Of a stretch of DNA of 64,000 nt, positions 39,201 to 50,095 are shown one piece after another. Source of the stretch: Enoplolaimus lenunculus (Eukaryota); contig JASANG010002214.1 of the NCBI GenBank assembly GCA_030248215.1, forward strand, positions 124,001 through 188,000, written 5' to 3'. The notes below the pieces were generated by a model. It saw nothing but the letters and a program-made list of their open reading frames with translations, was not told the DNA's origin and searched no databases. Each line of letters opens with the position of its first letter. The first letter of the stretch is position 1. Made by a program: the position numbers and the translations under genes.

Positions 39201-42200
39201 TGTGCATACAGTATGTTTGTACTTGCTGCACGGCCTAAGTAGCCTTTTCCACGGCCCATACACCCTTTGAGGGCGCAACCACAAATACCACTTCCAGCCT
39301 AACCAACCAGATTAAAACGCCTTGGATTTTGCGCTCGCTCTGCCCGAGAGTTTTTCTTCGCTATTCTATAAGTTCGTCCTGATTGATTTAATGGCTTCAG
39401 AGATTTTACAGGCTTTATTAACTGACAAAGCTGCAAAATATCAAAAAAATTTTCCTACCTTGTCACGGTCGTTCGCCAACATATTTTCTATGACGCAATA
39501 CTCTTTGAGTCTCTTCAAATGAAATGTTTAAGGCCTGTGACAAATATGGGCTTAAAGGGTACCGCATGCCTTCTCTAGTATTGGTTCGAGCATATGAAGA
39601 TAATGTCAACCTTTGATGCAACGCTTAGCCACGCTAAAATACAAAATGTCCAAAACAATTTATGCGCTTCCCGAGGAAATTTATTCATTTTAAAGACGGG
39701 TTCACAAATGTGGTTAATGAATATTTTTGCTGCAAAATTTTCTTTCGGCTCCGGAAATGTTAGGTTATACTGAATCCACACAATGTTATCAGCTGTATCG
39801 TGCAAAGGCTTTTATGGTAAACCAGCCACTAAAACAGTCTGTCGGCGAAAACCTGAATAATGCTGTGTATCATCCGAGTACTCTCGTCACTCCGCGTATA
39901 TATGTTTCGTAGGTATTTTCTGGCAGTTCCAGTGAGAGTCAGTGAGTCGTTCGTAAGTTTCATATTACAGATCTTGAAATATTACTTCTCTATAAAAGTG
40001 TTGCATAGCGGGTCTTTAGCTTTCGTTGTTTTTTAAGGGGCACAGGTTCCAGCCAAATCTATTATATTAATTACCAAGAGTTCAGACGCGTATATAAGGC
40101 GAAAGGTGGACAAGGTATATACCCACCTTAAATTTCTTAACAGAAAACAAAAAAAACGCTTTTAACAGGCTGTAGAGGCAAAGAAAACGTTCTTCGTTTG
40201 CATGAGATTATAAAAGCAAAAACGCTAGCAAAATCGTCAGTTTTTTATGCAGCTTTCAATTTTATAGTTTGCATCATATGGACAGTCACCGCGTGCCTTG
40301 GTGGCAATAGCGTTCTACTCTACGTTATCACAACAGACTGGGGTCGATGCTACGAACGTCCGGGAACAACTTGTACCGGAATGCATACGCTGCTTTACGT
40401 GCCGTATTTAACATTTCAAATCGCAGTTCATATCGTATTTCTTGTTATCACGTGCGCATGCTATATAATGGTCCGATGGACCGTGTCAAAACGACAATGG
40501 AGAATGCAAATCGCAAAGGTATCGAAACCGCTGTCGAACAGGCGCCCAGTGCGATTTATATGCACCCTAGAAAAATTTTGCCATAACATAGAAACAGTGC
40601 AAAAACCCCTGAAATGTTTACCCTTCAATAGAAATGGTTCAAAACCGCTGCCAAACAGGGGCCCCAGTGCGATTTATGAACCCTAGAAAAGTGTTGCCAT
40701 AACATAGAAACAGTGCAAAAACCCTAAAATGTTTACCCTTCAATAGAAATGGTTCAAAACCGCTGCCAAACAGGGGCCCAGTGAGATTTATGAACCCTAG
40801 AAAAGTGTTGCCATAACATAGAAACAGTGCAAAAACCCTAAAATGTTTGCCCTTCAATAGAAATGGTTCAACTCGCGTGAAAGTCTGTGTGAAATTGTTT
40901 TGTACCCTTTCGAAAATTTTTTTAACCTTCTCTAGCAAAGTGAGCTGGAGATTAGGCCTGAACGGTATAATAATGTGGGGGTTTATTTAGTGGCGGTTCG
41001 TTTTCCCACGGTTCTGTAATTGATTAGGCATAGGTTTTTTTTGCTTAGGCTTTAGGGTTAATAGTTTTTTATTTATCCTTGCTCTAAAGCTTGAGCTTAA
41101 AACTTTGAACTATGCTTATACTATAAATTCGAAAGTGTTGATTTCAACTCAGAATGGGTTGAATGGACTCAAATGTTTGAGCTCTGTATTAGGTCTTTCA
41201 GAACTTAGAAATCTGAATTGAAAACACTCATGAGTTAATTATACCTAATTAACTCACCCGGAATTAAATTAACTCAAAACGAGTTAATGTTTACTGTTTT
41301 AAACTCAAAAATAACCAGAAATAACCAATTTACTCTCTGGATTCAACTCATCGGAATGTGCAGTGCAGCATACTGTTATATGCCTTTAAGCAAATATTAA
41401 TATGACCATAAAGTGTACATATATTCATATCACGTTGAGTTGAAAATATAAATATAAACTAAAAAAGGCAAGAATTGCTGTCGCTGGCAAAAATGGAAAC
41501 GGAAACTGATATCGCGTTTTATGGGAAACATATTTATTGGGAACAGCAGCAATACAAAGGCATCAACAAACAACCAGCACAAAAACCGCAGTTACCGACA
41601 CCTTCATATTTAATGCAAACGGAAGCAACCTCGGATTTTTACCGCAAACAGCCAACTGGTTACATCCTAACAAACCGTTGACCTGGAACATTGCGCTGTT
41701 CCGATTAATTGCGACAGATGCGCATACAAAAGTTTTTTTCGCAATTGTTTCAGAACATGAAACGATACAAAGGCATTCTCAAGACACGATCAAGCGCAAA
41801 TCGAAGCCAACTGCAGCCATCATCAGCAATGTCGCCATCATTAACAATCCACCAACGCCGCCGTTCGTCTCAAAATAAGCATTCTTCTGAAGAGCGATTT
41901 TTAGCTGCAATCCGTCGATTTATTAACGTTCTTGGCATCAACATTGCAATTTATATATTTGCAATTTGTATCGCAACCATTGTTCGCGTTGAATGGTTTC
42001 GCGAAGCGTTCCGGATCGGAACTGTTTTACATCGTCGAATTCGTGTGGGCAACTCAACGGAATTGTTTACTTTCGCCGGCACTCGAGTCAGCTCTGTTGG
42101 TAATGTAGTCTACTCTACACCGACGACCAGACCGCGGATAGCGTGCTGGCAGTTTGAACTCAAAGAAACACTGTTCGCCCAGAGTAACTTGCGATTGGCA

Positions 42201-42674
42201 AACGCAATGGTGCTGGACACGTTATCGTATGCTCGAATGGTGTTTGAGCCAATATTTCACGTTGTGTTCAATCCAAGGATACGCGAGTATATCAGAGCTC
42301 GAGTTTGTAGGCGACAAACGCACGAATGTGCAAAAGCTGCCCAATCGTCAATACATGAGCTTGAACAGGTCGTGTTCGCGTCTCAACAGGGGAGTTTGAA
42401 AGAATCAGGAGTCGGAGCCGAAGATGCGCCTCACGCTGCTGCTAATAGCAATGAAGAAAATGGTCAAATAGCTGCCGGATCTACGAGAAGTTCAGTTGAA
42501 TTGGATATACGAGAACTGAGCGTTGAATCGGTTACAGACGACACACACGAATTGCACCGGCGGACAACGTTTGACGAAACGGTGTATTTTGACTCCGATG
42601 ATAACGAAAATAGCGCTGAAAATTTAGGATTTGAAGATGCAAGTGATGTAGAAACCGAAACGTCAATGCGTTAA
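36201..42674 (+). CDS. Divergent rhodopsin-like/chemosensory 7TM GPCR, 4 exons
   Basis: Exons 36201-36546, 37573-37734, 40169-40518, 41754-42674 join in phase. TM1 GTIVN, TM3 end LQLYAVKRPLEYH, Cys pair in the TM4-5 loop, TM7 EPIFHVVFNPRIREY, acidic tail. Confidence 0.8.
37758..38028 (+). mobile_element. Diverged piggyBac-like MITE with tRNA-Gly-like segment
   Basis: TTAA flanks, right TIR ATGTGAGAAAGGG, internal GCTGAGTGGT..CGCCTCCCATCCGAGAGACTGGGGATCGAAC. Confidence 0.7.
40519..40871. repeat. Tandem repeat, 3 x about 115 bp, starting at the GPCR exon 3 donor
   Basis: AAACCGCTG recurs at 40525, 40642 and 40757. Confidence 0.9.
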
Positions 42675-43700
42675 TATAGGTCCTTAACAGGAATTGCAAA
42701 AGAGTGCAGTACGCAAACATGATCACGGGTTTTCAGCAGTGTTTATCGCGTTTTTCGCTGCTTAAAATTGTCAAAATTGTTAAAAAGGAAAACATTATAT
42801 GTGCGGTCCCGTAGCCATGAGGGGCAGGGGCTCAGCTCTCCCTCTTTAAAAAAATTTTGAAAGTCTTTAATCGTGCTTGTAAGTCAACAAAAACCGTTGT
42901 ATGCCCATCCAGAAAAATTCTTAGCCATCCTAGTACTAAGGAATGCTGGCAAAAGCGCCTGGTTAGAAGTCAAGAATCACGAGCAGTTTCCTCCCAAATT
43001 TGCTTGAAAGGTTTTGCTTAAGCTTAGACTCATGCTTAGGCTTAGTTAAAAGTTTAGGTAACCATTTTCCTGAGCCTTAACTAAACCGGACCCGAAGCCT
43101 AAAGCCTAATCATGCAGGGGGGGTGTACAAGAGCCGACGCCATGACGGTAAATCTTTGAGACGATTGTTGGGGGTGGCAACAAATAAAAAATTTACATCT
43201 CAGCGGTGTTTGTGAGGCCATGAGATATATAGTAAAAGATTAAAAATAGATATATATGTTTGAAGATTGAGAGTTACATTTCTGAAAACATTATATGTAC
43301 GTTTACGTGGATAAAAACTATATAATAAATATTTATATATTTCTAAATTTAAAGTTAAATTGAAAGGTCTGTGCGTAGATGTTGTAGTCTGCTCTGAAGT
43401 TTATAATTTGTTGTTGGTCATTCGAATATTATAGTTAGGTGTACCTTCAGACTTTAATCGCATCAAACACATCTATTGAACAGGTCGTTAGGAAATATAC
43501 GGGCTGATGATGTTTAGTATACACCCCTGTAGATTTTGGCTGGTATTAGTTTTTGTAGTATAAAAATAGACGATTAGTGAAAGGTTAACAGACTATGAGT
43601 ATAAGCGTCAACCTAACAATGTTTGCTTGCTGTCTAATGGCTATAGGTTTGAAGAGGGGTATCAAGTTATGTATTCGAAAAGAAATTTCTAACACAGGTA

Positions 43701-44197
43701 CTGTAGTGATCCGAATAAGAAGGGTGTGATAAGAGGGGGTCCGCATTTTGAGTCCCAATCAAAAGGAGTCCGTATTCCTAATAAGCGTCCATATCCCTAC
43801 TAAGACTCCGTAAAGCGGATAGAGCGAGTCCGTATCCCTAATAAGACTCCGTAAGCGGATAGAGTCCGTAAAGCCTAATTAGAGTCCATTAATGTCATTT
43901 ATCCCAAATTGTAGTGCATAAATGACTCTAGCACCAGATACAGTTGAGTTCAAAACTTTAAAACATACTTAGTTTTGAGTATATACGTTCTTAATGTATA
44001 ACGTTGCATTATCGCTCAAGGTTTTGATGCACAACAAATAAACGTTTAATGCAGCACATAGTTGCAATACCAAATATTTATCAGTACCGAAGGTTGCGTT
44101 AAAAATTAATAACAGTCCGTAACCGAACAACAGGGAGTATCCTCTTGAGAGGCCAAATAAATACCAGTCCCGCGCACACTTATTCGGGTCACTACAG
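43701..44197. mobile_element. Copy of the 440-bp TA element with an internal duplication
   Basis: TA|CTGTAGTGATCCGAATAAG ... CTTATTCGGGTCACTACAG|TA. Confidence 0.85.
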
Positions 44198-44553
44198 TAG
44201 TAACTTGAATATGTTTTACATTAAAACGTTATAATTTTATATAATAGCGTACTTATGACAAGATGAAACCGGAGGTCTGCGTTCATTTCCAACAGAATTC
44301 ATGCCCAAATGTTCCCCGGCTACGGTAATGAAATTTCGCGTCTTTATAAAGGTTGCGCATTTCAGTGAGTTGGTTAGTAAACATTCTTGGATCAATTTTC
44401 GAACGTTTAAAACTGTCGCAAAACAAAAACTATTAATTTTTGACAACGGTGTAAAAAAGGGAATATCGTATAAATTACAAAATTTAAACATAACAATATT
44501 AACTAAGATATTTCGTTTAACCTCTGGCTACAATTCTAGCACTAGCAAAGTTT

Positions 44554-44812
44554 GGCTCATGTATAGAACACGGCCGGATAGTTTTCCGGAGAGGCTGTAA
44601 CAGAGTCAGTTTAAGCTTTAGACTAAATTTTTTGCTTAAGGCTCAGGCTTTAGGCTTATAAATAGGCTCGTCCTTACGCTTATGCTTAGGCGCAGGCTTA
44701 GGGTTAGGCTTATGAATAGGCTCGTAATTACGCTAATGCTTAGGCTCAGGCTTAGGCTTAGGCATAAGAATATGCTTATACTACTGTTCCGGCCCTGTTC
44801 TATATATGCCCC
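44554..44812 (+). mobile_element. TTAGGC-carrying MITE (family B)
   Basis: TSD CAAAGTTT/CACAGTTT; three telomere-repeat blocks. Confidence 0.85.
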
Positions 44813-45674
44813 CACAGTTTAATGACACGTATTTTTCACGACCGGTTGCATCCTGTTAACCGGAACTGCGGGTAGCATAAATATTTAAAGTTAATATTTA
44901 TAAAACTAAAATAAAAAAATATCGCTTTAAAACATGGCAATAAACAATATAGGTCTAAATTGCTAGTGCACGCCAAGAAGTAAGATTTTACTACTTTTTT
45001 CTTTCATTTGGTGGTTACAACGCCAATTCTATAAAACTTCACCAACGTTTTCAATGCTGTTGCAGTAATTAATATCTGTTTCCGGTAATCGGGGTCAAAA
45101 TTCGGTTTCCTTTCTTATAAGCAACACCGAAAACTTTGTTAATATTTTTGTGCTTAAAATTAGTCGAATTTCACATAATTACTTTTAGTTTATCGATACA
45201 TACGTATGCTATTAAAATTGTTCAATTTGGAGCGAAAATAATACTAAAATTCATTTGCTATCTTGCGAATTTTTAGCGCTTTCACCATATTAAATTTGTT
45301 TTATTAAAATTCTAATTATGTGTATAGAATCTGGTTTGGATTGGTAAGAAAAGAACGTATTTTTTAAAACTATCATAGCCAAAATTGCTCTTTTCCAGTT
45401 TCCGTTAATTTTTGATAGCTATTTATTGCGTTTTCGTTATTTTACTAACCCGCATAAAAGTAGGTACGCCCTGCTATAGTTTGGCTTAAAAAAATGATTC
45501 ACTGCCGCAGTCCTCTGTGGATCAACTACTAAACTTGAAAATGTACACCCTTGTCTATAGTATATTTATGGTATTAAGCACACATGGCAATCAAAGGCAA
45601 CCGTCCATTACTCATATATCCATTTATGTTTCCGTGGTCCCCAGCACTAGCTCAAATTTGATATGACTTATTTC

Positions 45675-45874
45675 GGCCCATATAGAACAGGGCTGGATCG
45701 TTTCCCGGCAGGGCCGTAACAGAGTCAGTTTAAGCTTTAGACTAACTTTTTTGCGTAGGCTGAGGCTAGATTAGGCTTAGGTTTAGGAATACGCTCATCC
45801 TTACGCTTAGACTTAGGCTTAGGCTTGGGAACATGCAGAATACTATAGTTCCGGCCCTGTTCTATACATTGGCC
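45675..45874 (+). mobile_element. TTAGGC-carrying MITE (family B)
   Basis: GGCCCATATAGAACAGGGC ... GGCCCTGTTCTATACATTGGCC. Confidence 0.85.
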
Positions 45875-46216
45875 AATATTTGTAATGGCCTTAATTTCAG
45901 TCTCAGGCTACAAATAACATGAGACAACCGGGCGGCTGCTGACTTGGCTCAGCTTTGATATGTCCCTAAAGCTCAATAACGCAAGGTTTATATAAATTTG
46001 TAAAAGTGACGGGAACCAGAATATGTAGCTAAATTTTTATATAAATTTTCACACAGATTTCTTATTTTGATTCATGTTAGGGCGGGCCTATGTAGCCCGT
46101 TTAAAATAGAAAAATTGAAAATTCACATATTTATAGAAACGCGTTAAAGTTTAATTGGTTTTGAAATTGAGGAAAAACATTGTTTGTTTATAAGGGAGGA
46201 TATAGGTAAATCAGGT

Positions 46217-46392
46217 GGCCCATGTAAAGATGACGGGAGACTGCAGTAGAGCAAAAGCTTACGCTTCAGACTAAAGTTTTCTACTTTTAGGCCTAGACTT
46301 AGGCTTAGGTATATAAGTTCATTCTTACGCCTAGGCATAGGCTTAGGAACATGCTTTACACTAGTGTCACATCCCTGTTCGTTATATTGGCC
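46217..46392 (+). mobile_element. TTAGGC-carrying MITE, diverged
   Basis: GGCCCATGTAAAGATG ... CCTGTTCGTTATATTGGCC. Confidence 0.7.
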
Positions 46393-47914
46393 CGTCAAGC
46401 TATAAGCTTCCAAATTTTGCAGTTCTGATAGCATCAATCACTATTGTTTTTGGTTGGTGTTTATTATTGCTGTTAATATTGTTCTGTGTTGTGTTGGTAA
46501 TTGGCAAAAAATTCTTGCACAACGAACCTCAGAACGTATAACCTTGGGCCGTGTTTAGTTGCTTTTTGCTCACTTGTTGGCGTATAAGGGGCACTTCAAT
46601 GAACAGTTGGATTTACTGTTCGCAGAAAATGACTGGCGTTTTGAATGACCAAGGTTTGGGGTTATGTACACTCCCCCCACAGATAAGGCTTTGGCCTCGA
46701 CATGGTTTCGGGCTTACGCTTGTGAACAGGCTAAAGCAGAGGTTTAGGCATACGGTGTAAATTTCAATGAGTTGGTTAATCAACTCAGAGAACGAATTAA
46801 ACATTTCCGGTTAGTTCTGAGTTCACCGGAAACATCAACTCTCTCTGAGCTGATTTAATTCCGGGTGAGTTGAACAATTAACTCAGAACGAGTGCAATCA
46901 GCTCAGAATTCTAAGTTCTAAAAGACCTAATTCAGAGCTCAGGCTTCGGAGTGGATTCAATTCATTCTGAATTAAAATTAACTCACTAACTATTAAGAAC
47001 CTGGTTACATTTTAGAACGCCAAGGTGAATATTTGCATAGCTTTCGGAGGCATCCATAGGCCACGGACGACTGTTGGGAAAAGTGACAAGCACCTTTCTA
47101 CCCGGGTGGAGAAGATAGGAATTGGAAATGGAAGAAAGATGACGTTTCTGTGCGTTAAAGCTTGCGTTTCGGCTCTTTACACCTTCGTATCAGTTATATA
47201 GAAGACACTAATATTTCAGGAGTAAGGCCAGGCTCGTAGCCAGCTCATCTTGCTAGGCGGGCCTAAAAACTTTTCAGAAGGGTCATACAGGATTTTTCAA
47301 TGACTTACAAGCAAGATTGAAATTTTCTAGAGAGGGGGGCAAAACTTTTCCAAGACGGTCTGAGCCCTTACCTGGCCCCCTTTTGGCTACTATGTCTGAG
47401 TATAAGTTACGATTTGTACCGACCTATAATATCATCTGTGAAGGTAAACCTGGTGTAAATTTTACTTTGATGAAAAAAGTCGGGGAAATCAACTGGGGAG
47501 TATAGATGGGCACCGGTTATCCGGATATGAAAAATATCCGGATATGTATCCGAAATGAAACGTGTATCCGGATATCCGGATATCCGAAATGCTTTTGTCT
47601 AAAAATTTTTTTTGGAATAATTTGCATGGTTTTACCACCAAAGTAACTGGAGCTGATGAAAAAATTCTGTATCCAAACCTCAGTCAGAATATTAAACCAC
47701 ATTCTTGCACGCTTTAAAGTTTTGAACTCACCTTTATTTGGTTCTGGAGTCATTTATGCCCTACAATTAGGAATAATTGACAATAATGGACTCTAATTAG
47801 GGTTTAGGGACTCTCTGCGCTCCTCCTATTGATTGGGACTCAAAATGGGTACCCCTCTTGTCCGGGTCAATACAGTACTGGCATAATAAATACCGTATCT
47901 TTTATGCTCATATC

Positions 47915-49261
47915 GGCCCGTGTACTGAAGAGGTCCCTCCCAAAATTCGCGGATATTACCCGGGAAATTGCGATTTTGGAGAATTCGGATATTACCCGAG
48001 AAATTGGGATTTTGGGCACAGCATTTTTCGCTCGGGATTTTGGGAAATTGGGATTCTGGTCGCAGCGTTTTTCGCTTGGGATTTTGGGAAATTGGGATTT
48101 TGGGAAATTGGGATTTTGGATGCAGCGTTTTTCACTCGGGATTTTGGGAAATTGGGATTTTGGGCGCATCGTTTTTCGCTCGGGATTTTGGGAAATTGGG
48201 AAATTGGGATTTTGGGCGCAGGGTATTTCGGTCGGGATTTTGGGAAGTTGGAATTTTCGGCGCAGCGTTTTTCGCTCGGGATTTTGGGCGCAGCGTTTTT
48301 CGCTCGGGATTTTGGGCGCAGCGTTTTTCGCTCGGGATTTTGGGAAATTGGGATTTTGGGCGCAGCGTTTTTCGCTCGGGATTTTGGGAAATTGGGATTT
48401 TGTGCGCAGCGTTTTTTGGTCGGGATTTTGTGAAATAAAATTTCGATAATCCCTCACTTAACGGGTCGGGTGAAATTGTTCGTTTGTACTATTTAACACA
48501 TGTTTGCCGTATAAATTTTATTTTACGTTGCTCATATAATTTAAATGATATGTTGAGTTTTCCCGTTGAAAAATTAGGTTACCCTTCGGAAACCAAATCC
48601 GGCAAAGCCCCTTTTCGGAATGCACTATTTGTGGTATAATTTAAAGAATACACAATAAACTGTGTTTAATCCTTTTTAAATTACGTTCTCAGGGGGCTGC
48701 CGCCCCCCTAAACCCTCCGCAATTTTAAGGGACCCTAAGCAGGATGGGGAGCTACCGCCCCCCAAACCACCCGCACTAAGCGGTTCTCACACTTCAGCTG
48801 CACAGACACAATCAAAAATTTTGCTCAAACAATGAATTGCTTTGCGCGGGGGTTTGGGGATCGACAGCCCTTTGAAAACGCAATTAAAGAAAATGTTTTA
48901 TATGTGAGCAAGTTTCTCACGTGCGGGAGAATCAAATATGCCAATTTGGCTACAAAGGGGCAAAGCCTTCTTGCATCCGTGTGTCTATGGTTCCGTCAAG
49001 CATACGCCCGACCCAAAGTATACACCTTAACTTTTTTCAGGATATTTAAATTTCACAAGAAAAATTGTCAAATGACACGTGATACTGCTAGTTTGGGAAA
49101 TTGGGATATTACCCGGGAAATTGGGATATTACCCGGGATATTGCGATTATGGGAAACTGGGATATTATCGGGGAAATTAGGATTGTGGGAAATTGAAATA
49201 TTACCCGGGAAATTGGGATATTACCCGGGAAATTGGGAGGGACATGTTCTCTACATGGGCC
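47915..49261 (+). mobile_element. 1.35-kb Merlin-like non-autonomous element carrying a G-rich minisatellite
   Basis: TIR GGCCCGTGTACTGAAGAGGTCCCTCCCAA/TTGGGAGGGACATGTTCTCTACATGGGCC; perfect TSD CTCATATC. Confidence 0.85.
47950..48440. repeat. Composite minisatellite of GGGAAATTGGGATTTT and GCGCAGCGTTTTTCGCTC units
   Basis: The two motifs recur many times in varying order. Confidence 0.9.
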
Positions 49262-50095
49262 CTCATATCAATTTGCTTGAGGGTCAGGGTACTTCCTTTT
49301 GAGCAACAAATTAAAACATGTGCTTTAGAGACGAAAATTGAGGTTCGGAAACTCAAAAAACACAAAATCGAGTTTCGGATATTCGAAATAGAAAATTTCA
49401 TTTCGGATATCCGGATAAATACGGATATCCGGATAAATATCCGGCAAGAATTGCCGGATATCCGGATATGAAAAAATATCCGATGCCCATCACTACTGGG
49501 GAGATGGTCGGAGAAAGAGGACAAACTTGGATACGAAAGGACCCAGTGTCCCCACTATGGGAAGACGACAGAGACACCGGCAATCTATATATTCCCATAT
49601 TAATTTCTAAGTTTTCCGGTATTGGTGTAAAATTCCAGTCTCGGTATCGTATCAGTATCCAATTAACGGCATCTTACAGGATGGGTTCAACACTAGTTAC
49701 TGCACAGGTGCTAGAATCCAAACAGCAAGGAATTTATAACACCACTCATGTGCTGATATTTTGACATTTTTTCCGATACCAAGGGTGACCTTACGACCTT
49801 AAAACTCGAATTGTCACAAATATAAGTGCGTCGAGTTCGTTATTCCGACTGTTTAGATCTATAAATGGTGAATGCTTACCGTTTGATTCACAACAAGACT
49901 CGTATATAGTCTGATGTATTAAACTTTAAGTTGAATCAAATCGTCCGTCACTCTCATCGTAGATATATTAAAATATCCTCGAAGATATTTTAGTTTGAAT
50001 TTGAATTTGTGTACTTTCCGACAGTGTTTGTGCGTTCCGACACTGCATCTCATGCTTTGCAAGTTCACTAGACAACAACATTAAGCATACCATAT

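Larger units (their letters stand above)
47501..49495. mobile_element. hAT-like non-autonomous element hosting nested insertions
   Basis: TATAGATGGGCA ... TGCCCATCACTA termini, subterminal ATCCGGAT repeats, perfect TSD CTGGGGAG (47493-47500 and 49496-49503). Confidence 0.85.

Noticed and set aside
44248..44324. Possible isolated exon RTYDKMKPEVCVHFQQNSCPNVPRL
   Set aside because: AG/GT borders exist, but I found no partner exons or recognisable homology.
47829..48457. Four overlapping 150-200 aa ORFs
   Set aside because: Artefacts of a stop-poor minisatellite.
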